Source: Bacillota bacterium
GTDB lineage: Bacteria; Bacillota; Sulfobacillia; Sulfobacillales; JAIMBI01
Direction: 5' to 3'
Assembly: GCA_021818685.1 (NCBI GenBank)
Contig: JAKATP010000004.1
Coordinates: 1-60,783 of the forward strand
Length of the DNA stretch: 60,783 bases
In this document: positions 30,920 through 40,814 of the stretch, piece after piece
How the letters are laid out: each line of letters begins with the position of its first letter
Position numbering within the stretch: position 1 is the first letter of the stretch
Made by a program: the position numbers and the translations under genes
The notes under the pieces: model-generated
Told to the model about the DNA's origin: nothing
Databases searched by the model: none
What the model saw: only the letters and a program-made list of their open reading frames with translations

Positions 30920-31721
30920 CGGAATCGCCTCCCTTGTCGGCTAGGGTGTCCGACGGCGGCGGCACCATGCCGACGAGATCGAGCTCGCGCAGATGGGTCA
31001 GCTGATCAAAAGCGGTCACCTCGAACCGCAGCGGTGTAAGCGCCACATGGCCCGCGCTCACGACGGCCACATCGCTGTCCGGCGTCTCCCCATGATCCAT
31101 CGGCTGGCCGCCGAGCCACCACAACACGCGTCCGTCGGGCCCCTCCTCACTCTGAAATTCATTGCGATAGATGCGGCGCCCGAGCGGTGCCGGCACCACT
31201 CGCGCCGGAGCCCGCCCTCGATAGGGGGGAAGATTCACGTTATACACCACACCCGGCGGCGGTGGCACGAAGTCATGGGCGATCCACCAGGCAATAAAGC
31301 GGGCTCCCCACTGCAGGCCGGCTCGGCTCGGACGTCCCTGGGACACAGCCACCGCCGCGTGCCCAAGAAAACTGGCCTCGATGGCGGCCGAAACGGTACC
31401 GGAATAAAACACGTCCCGCCCCAGGTTCGAACCGTGATTGATCCCGGAGATGACCAGATCCGGTTTGTCTGCCAGCAAGACGTCGAGCGCCAGTTTCACG
31501 CAGTCTGCCGGGGTGCCGTCCACCGACCAGGCCGACCCGGCGCCCGGAACCGGGTGCGGTTCCGCAAACAGCGGGCGCGTCAGGGTGATGGAGTGTCCGC
31601 TCGCGCTCCGCTCACTGGCGGGCGCGACCACGGTCACGCGATGGATATCGCCGAGCGCACGGGTGAGCAGCCTCAGCCCGTCCGCGTCGATCCCATCATC
31701 ATTGGTTAACAGTAGATGCAC
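30819..31721 (-). CDS. surE: 5'/3'-nucleotidase SurE
   Basis: LLTNDDG, DGTPADCV, SGINHGSNLG, YSGTVSAA, VALTPL. Confidence 0.95.
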   Translation of the reverse strand: MHLLLTNDDGIDADGLRLLTRALGDIHRVTVVAPASERSASGHSITLTRPLFAEPHPVPGAGSAWSVDGTPADCVKLALDVLLADKPDLVISGINHGSNLGRDVFYSGTVSAAIEASFLGHAAVAVSQGRPSRAGLQWGARFIAWWIAHDFVPPPPGVVYNVNLPPYRGRAPARVVPAPLGRRIYRNEFQSEEGPDGRVLWWLGGQPMDHGETPDSDVAVVSAGHVALTPLRFEVTAFDQLTHLRELDLVGMVPPPSDTLADKGGDSDHGPRSRGFPGRRAGASRIEGVEGGGDGGPRPR

Positions 31722-34455
31722 CTTGGGCTTCCTCCTGATTCAAGAACTCCGCCACCCGGACCGCGATCCGGTCAAGGGGCGCCGTCATCACCGCCGGTCC
31801 CGGCAGGGACTTCACAAAGAGTGCCCCATACCCGCGCGGTGCCGGCACGATCCGAGGGTCGAGGACCACGACCGCGCCCCGATCCGCCTCCGTCCGCAGG
31901 AGGCGGCCAAACCCCTGCTGAAAGCGGAGCACGGCCGACGGGAGGGAGCGGGCACGAAATGGGCTCTGCCCGCGGGCACTCAGATATTCTGAGCGGGCTT
32001 GTTCGAGGGGCTCGTAGGGCGACTGGAAGGGCAGCCGCGTCACGATGACCAGCGAAAGAGCGGGACCGGCCACGTCAATGCCCTCCCAGAAACTTCCCGT
32101 CCCGATCACTACCGTACGGCGGTTGCGGCGGAGTGCGGCGATAAGACGACGGGGAGGCCCGTCCTGTCCCTGCATCAGAACCTCGATCTGGTCCCGGGCG
32201 AGCTCCTCCCGCAGTCCCGCGCCCAGCTCCGTCAGCATCGCCCGGCTGGTCGTGAGGACGAGGGTCCGGCCGCCCGCGATCCGACACAGGCGGGCCGCCG
32301 CCTGGCGGCAAAAGTCCGCATGCAAGTCCCCCTGGCGAGGGTCCGGCGCATCGGTCGCGAGGCCCAGAAGCGCCCGTTCCGACACCTGAAAGGGACTCGG
32401 AACGGTCAGCATCTTCGGGTCACGCACGCCGATGCCGAGCTGTCGGGCCATGTAGTCATAGCGACCCCCGACCGACAGTGTGGCCGAGGTCAACACCACG
32501 CCACCCGGCACACGGCTCCACAACTCCCGAGCCAGCAGCTCGGCGGGACTCATCGGCGCTCGGCGCATCACCCGCTCTGCATTCCGTCCGCGGACTTCCC
32601 ACCAATCCACAAAGCTTGGGTCGCCATCGCCAAACGGCTCCAGCATCTCGGCCACGCTCCCGCACTCGTGCGCGAGCGCCTGCACGGATAGTCCTACCGC
32701 CTGCTCGCTGAACGATGGGCCCAGCGCCACCGCCGCACCCTCGAGAAGCTCGGTCAGCGCCTGGACCGCCTCGCCGGCCGCATCCACTGTCCGAGTCCGC
32801 GCCGCTTCGACACCCCGGTCCACCCACTGTGCTCGGACCACCTCATCGAGGCGCACGGCCTCCCGTTCCCGATCGAGCGCCGCCGCGAGTTCGCCCACGG
32901 CCTCGTCGAAGTCCAAGAGCCGGAGTGCTAGGAGTCTTACCCGGTCGCGGGCCTGGCTCGCGGCCGCAATGAGCGCCGCATGCGGGATGCGGTTTAAGAG
33001 CGCCCGGCCGTCCGACGCTTCGCGAAAGCGGCGAGCCGCACGAAGCGGGGTCAGGGAAAAACCGAGAACCTGGTCGGCGGCATCTGGGAGCCGATGCGCC
33101 TCATCAACGACCAGGTGCTCATAGGGTGGAAGGCTCCCCTTGGGACCGGCCGAGAGGAGCAGCGCGTGGTTCGTGACCAAGACGGCGGCGGACTGGGCCT
33201 GTCGGCGACTCTGGCGAAGGTAGCAGGGGCCGGCATAACGGCAGCGGGATCCGGCACAGGCATCGACGTCGGCCTGAACCCTCTCCCACAGGCTCGTCGC
33301 CCCCGCCATGCGGCCTGCGCCCCAGTCGTCGCGCTCCCCGTCGGGGGTCTGTGCCAGCCACACCAAGAGTGATGCCAGGGCCACGCGGTCCTCTTCGTCC
33401 AAGGCGAGGGCGCCCGCTTCATTCACGACGTCTTCCGTCTTCAAGAGACAGAGGTAGCGCGAGCGGCCCTTTAAGAGCGCGACCGGCAGGTCCTCGAGGC
33501 CCGTGACGCGGAGCGCTTCTGGCAAGTCTTTGTTCCACAGCTGATCCTGGAGTGCGAGGGTGTGGGTGGCGATGACGGTGCGCTCGCCACGAGCCGCCCG
33601 TGCCAGTACCGGCAGGAGGTAGGCCAGACTCTTGCCCACTCCCGTGCCGGCCTCGGCCATCAGTGTTCCGCGGGCGTCCAGAGTTTCCACCAGCGTTTCG
33701 GCCATGAGCGACTGGCCCGGGCGCGGCTGCCACCCGGGATGGAGGTGGGCGAGCTCACCGTCCGCGCCGAGCAGCGACAGGGTGTCGACGACGGTATCGC
33801 GCGGGCTCAGACCGACCGGCCCCCCCGGCGGGTCCGGCGCTGGACGATAAAGGGGATGGGCGGCATCCGGGCCCTCGCGAGCTTCCCAAAAGGCCCACTC
33901 AGGGCCGAACCACATCGCGAGCCACGTCTGCACATTTTTCGGCAGGCGCTCAAGCTGCTCGGCAATCCGCTCGACCAGTTGGGCCGTAAAGCGGACATCG
34001 ACCCGGGCATCGTGCCAATCCTCGCGATTCTCGGCAAAAAGCTCGCCGAGGTCCTCCAGGCGATAGGAGGCAAGCCGGGGAAAGGCGATGCGCGTCCAGG
34101 TGAGGGTATCCGCCGTGCCGGCAAGAAGGAGTCCGGCGCGCCGCAAGAACGCGAGATCAAAGCCAAGATTGTGCCCAACGACCGGCAGGTCGCCCGCAAA
34201 CGCCCGTGCCTGACTTATCGCTACCCCCAGTTCCGGAGCCCGGCGCAGAATCTCCGGGGACGCTCCCGTAAGGCGATAGATAAAATCGGGCACCGGCCGC
34301 CCGGGGTTGACGTACGTGGCCCAGTCTTCGGAGCCCGCGGGCGTCACCCGGGTCATGGCGATCTGGATGATGGCGTCGCGCGCGGGGTCAAGTCCCGTCG
34401 TCTCCACGTCCACCGCTACGAACCCTGCCGTCCGGCGACCCCGTCCTGTCCGCAC
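31699..34455 (-). CDS. dinG: DnaQ exonuclease-DinG family helicase fusion
   Basis: N-terminal DVETTG...HDARVD; AGTGVGKS, four Cys of the FeS region, DEAH, FWEGID, QGFGRLLR. Confidence 0.92.
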   Translation of the reverse strand: MRTGRGRRTAGFVAVDVETTGLDPARDAIIQIAMTRVTPAGSEDWATYVNPGRPVPDFIYRLTGASPEILRRAPELGVAISQARAFAGDLPVVGHNLGFDLAFLRRAGLLLAGTADTLTWTRIAFPRLASYRLEDLGELFAENREDWHDARVDVRFTAQLVERIAEQLERLPKNVQTWLAMWFGPEWAFWEAREGPDAAHPLYRPAPDPPGGPVGLSPRDTVVDTLSLLGADGELAHLHPGWQPRPGQSLMAETLVETLDARGTLMAEAGTGVGKSLAYLLPVLARAARGERTVIATHTLALQDQLWNKDLPEALRVTGLEDLPVALLKGRSRYLCLLKTEDVVNEAGALALDEEDRVALASLLVWLAQTPDGERDDWGAGRMAGATSLWERVQADVDACAGSRCRYAGPCYLRQSRRQAQSAAVLVTNHALLLSAGPKGSLPPYEHLVVDEAHRLPDAADQVLGFSLTPLRAARRFREASDGRALLNRIPHAALIAAASQARDRVRLLALRLLDFDEAVGELAAALDREREAVRLDEVVRAQWVDRGVEAARTRTVDAAGEAVQALTELLEGAAVALGPSFSEQAVGLSVQALAHECGSVAEMLEPFGDGDPSFVDWWEVRGRNAERVMRRAPMSPAELLARELWSRVPGGVVLTSATLSVGGRYDYMARQLGIGVRDPKMLTVPSPFQVSERALLGLATDAPDPRQGDLHADFCRQAAARLCRIAGGRTLVLTTSRAMLTELGAGLREELARDQIEVLMQGQDGPPRRLIAALRRNRRTVVIGTGSFWEGIDVAGPALSLVIVTRLPFQSPYEPLEQARSEYLSARGQSPFRARSLPSAVLRFQQGFGRLLRTEADRGAVVVLDPRIVPAPRGYGALFVKSLPGPAVMTAPLDRIAVRVAEFLNQEEAQGASTVNQ

Positions 34456-34584
34456 GCGATACCCCCTGTCGTGTCTACGTGTCGGCCCGGCCACGAGGTG
34501 CACCGCGGCCGCATGGAGCGGCCGCCGTCGACAAACCCTACCCAAGCCGGGGCCTATCTTATGGAGAGAGGCGGTCGCCGATCA

Positions 34585-34920
34585 ATGGAACCGGAACAGA
34601 CCTTACTTGCCCACTTTACCTTTCCAGAGCAGGCCGAGAAAGCGCGTGACGCGCTCGTGGAGGCTGGGGTCGACGTGGTGCAGGTCGACCGGGTCGGGCC
34701 GGCGGGCGGCGCACACCCGATTCCCCTGGTCGAGTGGGGCCGGTATGGCTACGAGCTGGAAGGGCTTGACGACAAATGGACGTCCGCCGCCGCCTGGGAT
34801 GACCGGCTCCAAACGTCAGGCGTCGATGCGGGCGAGGCCGTCCTGTTGACAGTGGTCGTGGACGGGGAGCGCGCAGGGGCCGCCCGTGACATCATCCGCC
34901 GCTTCGGAGGCACATTCTAG
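34585..34920 (+). CDS. Hypothetical protein
   Basis: Coding-like frame divergent from dinG (LLAHFTFPEQAEKARDAL...IIRRFGG); ATG 34561 alternative. Confidence 0.7.
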   Translation: MEPEQTLLAHFTFPEQAEKARDALVEAGVDVVQVDRVGPAGGAHPIPLVEWGRYGYELEGLDDKWTSAAAWDDRLQTSGVDAGEAVLLTVVVDGERAGAARDIIRRFGGTF

Positions 34921-35969
34921 GGCTCAAAGTAGACCGGATTTGTAAAGGCCCACGGCCAGGTCCGGCCACGGGCCTCGCGCGCAAGCTCGAGTCGCACAGG
35001 ACCCGGGCCGGGTACGGCGACTTCGAGCACCTGTCCGGGGCGGATGGCATACGGACCGCGCCTCCTGCCCTCCTGCACGGTCTGCACTTGTGCCGCGACC
35101 GGGCTTTGTACCACGAGCCGGGCTCCGGCTCGCCAGCGTATCCGTCCCCCTACGGGGACGCTCTCCCCCCCGCTCAAGCCGCTCACCCAGGGGCCCGGGT
35201 CCCGGCCGCGCGACTCATTGACCATCACGACCCGTCCGGCCGCGAAAGCCTCCAAAAGCAGGCGACGTGCTTCCGCAGGGGCGACCAGGGACACCGGGGC
35301 GGTCGTCCACACGTGATTGGCGATCCACCCAAACGCGTGCCGATAGGGAAAGACAGGAATACCGAAGCCGCGCCAAGGAATGCGGACCGCATGCGCGTCC
35401 AGGCCCGCCACGCCCACCACCGGACGTCGGGACGCGATGGCATCCCACAGCACGAGCACGGCCGGATCCGGCGCCTCCGCTCCGCGTAAGGGGTGGAGGA
35501 GAGCCCGAAGACCGCTGCCGATGCCGTGAATCTGGCGCATCCACTGCGAGAGGTGGTTCCAGACTTCAAGGCCGGTGAACTCTTCCACCTCCCGCCGGGT
35601 CCAGCGGTAAGAAGGCAGACGCAGGACGGGATTTCCAGGGTCTTCGGGGTGGGCCACGAAGGACAGCCCCCCGGCCTCGGCCACCCGTGCCAGGGCGTCT
35701 TGGAGGGGTCCGTCGCGGTCGGGTACGAAGTCGGTGCCCAGCACCAGAATGTGGTCGGTCGCCGGCGTCATCTCCGTCCCCACCAGCAGCATGACCGACC
35801 CATACCGGCCTTCGCCCGGAAGCTGCCGAGCCCTGAGCCCGTCATGATCGGTGAGCCACACCACGTCGACCAGACCGCGGGCCGCCCGGACAATGGCCTC
35901 GACCGACCCGCTCCCATCCGAGTAGCGCGAATGCACGTGGAGCGCGACCCGCACCTCATGCCAGGCCAC
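34917..35969 (-). CDS. PHP-domain (CehA/McbA-like) metallohydrolase
   Basis: HVHSRYSDG, LTDHD, AHP, GLEVWN, DAH, TNPVY. Confidence 0.82.
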   Translation of the reverse strand: MAWHEVRVALHVHSRYSDGSGSVEAIVRAARGLVDVVWLTDHDGLRARQLPGEGRYGSVMLLVGTEMTPATDHILVLGTDFVPDRDGPLQDALARVAEAGGLSFVAHPEDPGNPVLRLPSYRWTRREVEEFTGLEVWNHLSQWMRQIHGIGSGLRALLHPLRGAEAPDPAVLVLWDAIASRRPVVGVAGLDAHAVRIPWRGFGIPVFPYRHAFGWIANHVWTTAPVSLVAPAEARRLLLEAFAAGRVVMVNESRGRDPGPWVSGLSGGESVPVGGRIRWRAGARLVVQSPVAAQVQTVQEGRRRGPYAIRPGQVLEVAVPGPGPVRLELAREARGRTWPWAFTNPVYFEP

Positions 35970-35970
35970 C

Positions 35971-36378
35971 CTACCGGCTCTTGTCGGGCATGAAGCGGCC
36001 CCGAGCGCTCGCCAGCACGACGCCGGTCTCCCCGTCACGCACCTCGGCTGTACACTCCGTCAGGTGATGGCGGGTCGACAGGACCTGACCATGTACGTGC
36101 AGCCGCTGACTCACGGGCGTCGGACGGTGGTACCGCGCTTGTAGTGAAACGGTGAGCACCGAGGCCCGGGTGCGGCTGTAGGTGGCATACCACATGGCCT
36201 CGTCCAGGAGCGCGGCGACAAGGCCCCCGTGCACGACCCCGCGCCAACCCTGAAAGTTGTCCGGCACCGCCACCTCCGCATCAGCCTGCCCGTCTTTGGC
36301 CTCCCAGCGGGTACGAAGACCAATGGGATTGTCCGGCCCGCAGATCACACACGGGTTGTCATTGGGATCAAAGGCCAT
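35971..36378 (-). CDS. PaaI/hotdog-fold thioesterase
   Basis: CVICGPDNPIGL, HGGLVAALLDE. Confidence 0.87.
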   Translation of the reverse strand: MAFDPNDNPCVICGPDNPIGLRTRWEAKDGQADAEVAVPDNFQGWRGVVHGGLVAALLDEAMWYATYSRTRASVLTVSLQARYHRPTPVSQRLHVHGQVLSTRHHLTECTAEVRDGETGVVLASARGRFMPDKSR

Positions 36379-36469
36379 CGAAACCGTCATCCTTTCCAGC
36401 ACGCTCTCCCATGGCTCAGTCTCTTACATCGTCGCATCGTCCCGGCCCTGGTCGGAGTGGCCGGACGAG

Positions 36470-37771
36470 TCACATCCGCGCCTCTACCAGACGGCGGGCC
36501 CGCTCCCCCGCCTCCTGGAGGAGCGCCTCCTCGTCAAATGTTGTGATGACGCCATCGTCCAGCACCAATGCCCCGTCAATGACCGTATAGCGGACATCAT
36601 CCGGGCGGGTCGCGTACACGAGCGTCGAGACGGGGTCGTGGACCGGCTGCAGATGCGCAGCCCATCCCTGGGTGGCCACCAGATCCGCCGGGCGTCCGGC
36701 AGCCAGCACCCCGGTCGCCAGTCCCAGCGCCCGGGCGCCGCCGATCGTCGCGAGCCCTAAAGCGTCCCCGGCCGTGAAGCTTGCCGGATCGCCCGCCGCG
36801 GACTTCTGCAACCAGGCTGCCAGCCGCATTTCCACAAAGAGGTCGAGGGTATTGGTGCTCGCAGCCCCGTCGCTTCCGAGCGCGACGTTCACACCCGCAT
36901 CCAGAAGCTGGCGGACCGGAGCCACACCGTTACCGAGCTTCAGGTTGGAGACCGGACAATGGGCGACGCTCGCGCCGCTCGCAGCCATGATGGCGATGTC
37001 GGCAGGCTCCAGCACGGCGGCGTGGGCGACGACCGTACGTGGACCGAGAATGCCCACCTCGCGGGCATAGGCGATGGGCGACAACCCCCGCTCGCCTCTC
37101 ATGTCCTCCACCTCCTCCCGACTCTCGGCCAAGTGCACGTGGATCCCGAGGTCGCGGTCGCCCGCATACTCGCCCACCCGTCGTAGAAGGTCCTCACTGC
37201 AGGTGTAGGGCGCGTGCGGCCCGAGCCAAACCTGCGTCAGGCGAGAGTCCGCCCATTGTGCGATCCCTGCGGCCAGGTGCTCAAAGCGGGGCGCTGCGGT
37301 TTCCAGGGTGCCGACGAAGGGCCACGACACACCGATGCGCATGCCCGCCTCCTCGGCGGCACGGACGACGGCCTGCGGAAACATGTACATGTCCAAGAAG
37401 GCCGCTGTCCCGGACCGGATCATCTCCGCGCAGGCGAGCAGGGTTCCCGTATAGACGTCATCAGACGACAGGTGCTCCTCCAGGGGCCAGATGTGCTGCC
37501 GGAGCCACGGCATGAGGCGGACGTCATCCGCGTACCCGCGAAAGAGGGCCATCGCTGCGTGCTGGTGCGCATTGATGAAGGCGGGCAGCACCATTCCCGC
37601 GGGAAGGTCAATCACGCGCCCTGCGGCCCCCTGGCGGGGCGGGCCGACATAGGTGATGAGGCGATCGGCGACGGTCACCTCCCCAGGGCTGAAGACGGCC
37701 TGCGCCGCATCCCCGGTCAGCACCGTTTTCGCCCGGAAAGTGAAGGGGCCGCACGGCTTGTCCACGTTCAC
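36470..37771 (-). CDS. mtaD: 5'-methylthioadenosine/S-adenosylhomocysteine deaminase
   Basis: NAHQH, PHAPYTC, HVHLAES, HCPVSNLKLGNG, GSDGAAS; adjacent to ahcY and mtnP; GTG overlapping the ahcY stop (GTG 37783 alternative). Confidence 0.85.
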   Translation of the reverse strand: MNVDKPCGPFTFRAKTVLTGDAAQAVFSPGEVTVADRLITYVGPPRQGAAGRVIDLPAGMVLPAFINAHQHAAMALFRGYADDVRLMPWLRQHIWPLEEHLSSDDVYTGTLLACAEMIRSGTAAFLDMYMFPQAVVRAAEEAGMRIGVSWPFVGTLETAAPRFEHLAAGIAQWADSRLTQVWLGPHAPYTCSEDLLRRVGEYAGDRDLGIHVHLAESREEVEDMRGERGLSPIAYAREVGILGPRTVVAHAAVLEPADIAIMAASGASVAHCPVSNLKLGNGVAPVRQLLDAGVNVALGSDGAASTNTLDLFVEMRLAAWLQKSAAGDPASFTAGDALGLATIGGARALGLATGVLAAGRPADLVATQGWAAHLQPVHDPVSTLVYATRPDDVRYTVIDGALVLDDGVITTFDEEALLQEAGERARRLVEARM

Positions 37772-39018
37772 GCGATGTCCCACGAGTTCAGATAGCGGAT
37801 CTGGGTGCGATTCAGGTGATCGATCTCGACCCCCGTCGCCTCCAGACGCGCCCGCGCCACCCAGAGATCAACATCCGCATCCACCGGGTAAAGTCCGGCG
37901 GGACGGACGGCCTTGGCGAGCCCCTCCAGGCTCAGGGCCTGGACGGCGAAGGTCATATCCATAATCTCCACCGGATGTCCGTCGCCCGCCGCCAGATTGA
38001 CCAGCCGCCCTTGAGCGATCACCCAGCGCGTCCGCCCGTCGGCGAGCGTATACCCTACCAAGTCGGGCGTCCGGCCCTGACGTCGGCGCACCGCCTGCGC
38101 CTCAAGCCAGGCTACGTCCACCTCCACGTTAAAGTGACCGGCGTTGGCCAGCACCACCCCGTCCTTCATGAGACGCAGGTGTTCGGGCCGCACGACGTCG
38201 CGACATCCGGTCGTGGTCACCACGAAGTCGGCCGTGCGGGCCGCGTCCCGCATGGGCAGCACCCGCTGCCCGTCCATCACGGCCTCGTTGGCGCGGATGG
38301 GATCGACCTCCGTGACGATGACCTGGGCGCCGAGGCCGCGGGCCCGCTCGGCCACGCCTCGGCCGCAGAAGCCGTAACCCGCCACCACCACCTGGGCACC
38401 GGCGACGGTGGTGTTGCACGCGCGCATGATGCCTTCCCAGGTCGACTGACCCGTACCATAACGGTTGTCGAACAGGTGCTTCATCGCGGCATCGTTGACC
38501 GCCACCATGGCAAACGGGAGCCGCCCGGCTTTGGCCAGGGCCCGGATGCGGGTCACACCCGTCGTCGTTTCCTCGGCTCCCCCGCGGACTCCGGCGGCAA
38601 GGCTCTTGCGCGACGTGACGAGGCGCGATAAAAGCTCCCCTCCGTCATCCAGGATCAGGGTGGGCTCGATGTCGAGCACCCGATGCTGCAGGCGGTCAAA
38701 CTCCACCGCGTCGAGACCACGCCGCGCGTGCACCTCCACGCCGCGTTCGGCCAGGGCGGCGGCGACATCGTCCTGGGCCGAGAGCGGGTTCGAGCTTGTG
38801 ATGGCGACCGCGGCGCCCCCCTCCGCCAACAACTCGGCCAGCGCAGCCGTTTTGGCCTCCAGGTGAAGCGACATGGAAAGCCGCTGGCCCGCAAACGGAC
38901 GCTCAGAACGGTAGCGGTCTCGAAGCCGCGCGAGGAGCGGCATCCGATCATGCACCCACTCAAGCTTGGCACGGCCGCTCGACAGGTCGTCTCCCTGCGG
39001 GTCTGTCCCCTTGTCCAT
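37768..39018 (-). CDS. ahcY: Adenosyl/inosyl-homocysteine hydrolase
   Basis: LHLEAKT, SNPLSAQDD, EETTTG, KHLFDNRYGTGQS, GRLVNLAAGDGHP. Confidence 0.94.
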   Translation of the reverse strand: MDKGTDPQGDDLSSGRAKLEWVHDRMPLLARLRDRYRSERPFAGQRLSMSLHLEAKTAALAELLAEGGAAVAITSSNPLSAQDDVAAALAERGVEVHARRGLDAVEFDRLQHRVLDIEPTLILDDGGELLSRLVTSRKSLAAGVRGGAEETTTGVTRIRALAKAGRLPFAMVAVNDAAMKHLFDNRYGTGQSTWEGIMRACNTTVAGAQVVVAGYGFCGRGVAERARGLGAQVIVTEVDPIRANEAVMDGQRVLPMRDAARTADFVVTTTGCRDVVRPEHLRLMKDGVVLANAGHFNVEVDVAWLEAQAVRRRQGRTPDLVGYTLADGRTRWVIAQGRLVNLAAGDGHPVEIMDMTFAVQALSLEGLAKAVRPAGLYPVDADVDLWVARARLEATGVEIDHLNRTQIRYLNSWDIA

Positions 39019-39110
39019 CGCTTATCCCCTTTGTATGCCCTTGGGCCTAGACTGCTGGCCGCCCCGGAGCGGCCTCCCCGATTTCCCCTCGCCACGCCCT
39101 CAGGGGCGGC

Positions 39111-39926
39111 TTACGGATCTTTCGATGTACTCAGTCCGGGAAGACGATCCGGTCCTGCCCCGCACGAGCAGGGCGCCTCTCCGAGGACCGGGAGACTCGA
39201 AACCAGAAGGTCCCGCACAGAGCCCACGGTGGCCGCCATCAGACCGAGTACTTCTTCATGGGTGAGCGGGCTTCCGGACAGGCCCGCCCCCAGATTGGTG
39301 ACAATGCTGAGCGTGACGTAGCAAAAACCCAGCTCCCGCGCCAGCACCACCTCGGGGACGCCCGTCATGCCCACGACATCACCTCCCAGGCGCCCGAAGA
39401 GCGCGACCTCCGCCGATGACTCAAAGCGCGGACCCTCGGTGGCCACGTATGTCCCGCCAAGAATCATCGGAAGGCTCAGGGTCTGACCGCATTCAAAGAG
39501 GGTGTGGGCCACACCGCTGCAGTAGGGGCTCGTCATGTCGGTATGTACGACGCCGTCGTCGCCACCATCGTAAAAGGTTCCAATCCGGTTCTTCGTGAAG
39601 TCCAAAAACTGATCCGCCAGCAGGAGCGTACCGGGGGCGATGGTCCGTCTGAGCGACCCGACAGCGGTCGTGGCCACCACCACCCGGATGCCAAGCTTTC
39701 GCAGCGCCCACAGGTTGGCACGGTAGTTGACCCGGTGGGGCGGCACGCGGTGGCCCGCGCCGTGCCGGTTCATGAAATAGACAAGACGGCCCTCGGTATG
39801 CCCGCCCGTAACCCGGGTCGTTCCATAGGGCGTCTCGACCTCGCGCTCGAACGATTCTGTCAGCCAGGCGGGATCGTATACGCCGGTGCCGCCAATCACC
39901 CCGACGGGCGTGCTGCTCGCGTTCAT
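39111..39926 (-). CDS. mtnP: Methylthioadenosine/methylthioinosine phosphorylase
   Basis: IIGGTG-like motif, RHG..H, NYRAN, EGPRFES, VGMT, VTNLGAG. Confidence 0.9.
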   Translation of the reverse strand: MNASSTPVGVIGGTGVYDPAWLTESFEREVETPYGTTRVTGGHTEGRLVYFMNRHGAGHRVPPHRVNYRANLWALRKLGIRVVVATTAVGSLRRTIAPGTLLLADQFLDFTKNRIGTFYDGGDDGVVHTDMTSPYCSGVAHTLFECGQTLSLPMILGGTYVATEGPRFESSAEVALFGRLGGDVVGMTGVPEVVLARELGFCYVTLSIVTNLGAGLSGSPLTHEEVLGLMAATVGSVRDLLVSSLPVLGEAPCSCGAGPDRLPGLSTSKDP

Positions 39927-39974
39927 GCCGCCTCCGTTTCTGATACCGCGGCGTCTTGGTCTGAGGGGTGCCCG

Positions 39975-40814
39975 CTAACCAAGGTTACCTTGGCGGGTGA
40001 CAGAAGAATCTCCTGCCGGCCCGGGTTCCAAAACCACCCGCACGACCTCCGGGCGATTTAGAAACCGCACCGGGAGTTCCGATGTCCCGAGGCCGGCGGA
40101 CACGACCAGAGCCTGGTGTGGGCGAGGCCAGGAGAGCCCATACACCTGAGAGCGCGGAAGCGCCGAATGCTTGATGACGGCGCCGATGCCGACCATCCTC
40201 ACCTGCCCGGCATGGGTGTGGCCGGCCAACACGAGGCAAAAAGGGTCGGCGGCACGATTCAGCACGACGTCCGGGCGATGGGCCAGAAGAATGGCAGGCG
40301 CCTCGCCGCCCACGCACACCTGGTTCCAATCCGGCCGCCCCCGTCGGAGGTCGGGAAGCCCCGCCACCTGATAGCGGGCGCCCCCCCGGGTCCGCTTCAC
40401 GATCCGGTTGTCCAAAATGACATCGCCCGGCGGGTCCCAGGGAGCGATGTCGAGGCGTCCCCGCCGGTAATCGTGATTGCCCGACACGAACAGGGTGCGC
40501 GCGGGATCGAGCTCCTGAAGGCGACGCGCCACAAGACGCCGGGGGATGGTGGGACTGTACAAGTCGCCGGTGACGGCCACGAGGTCGGCCGCCCGGAGCC
40601 ACTCCTGAAACCGTGGCTGGCCAAAGGCGGTCGTGCGACCGTGCAGATCAGACAGGTGCAGGATGCTGAAGCCCGAAAGCGCGGTCGGCCATCCGGGCAG
40701 CCGGATGCGATACTCGGTGAACCGGACCCACAGCGGTTCCGCAAAAGCGTCGAGGGCGGCCGCAACAATGGCCGCCCCCACAAAATCGATGCTGTACCGG
40801 GCTACGGGCGTCAG
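39975..40814 (-). CDS. Metallophosphoesterase (YkuE-like); start uncertain (CTG 40814 or GTG 40781)
   Basis: SDLH, TGD, GNHD, LAHRP, GHTHAGQ. Confidence 0.85.
   Translation of the reverse strand: MTPVARYSIDFVGAAIVAAALDAFAEPLWVRFTEYRIRLPGWPTALSGFSILHLSDLHGRTTAFGQPRFQEWLRAADLVAVTGDLYSPTIPRRLVARRLQELDPARTLFVSGNHDYRRGRLDIAPWDPPGDVILDNRIVKRTRGGARYQVAGLPDLRRGRPDWNQVCVGGEAPAILLAHRPDVVLNRAADPFCLVLAGHTHAGQVRMVGIGAVIKHSALPRSQVYGLSWPRPHQALVVSAGLGTSELPVRFLNRPEVVRVVLEPGPAGDSSVTRQGNLG

Noticed and set aside
33562..34560. N-terminal 333 aa of ORF 33562..34920
   Set aside because: Antisense to dinG; only the part from about 34585 looks coding
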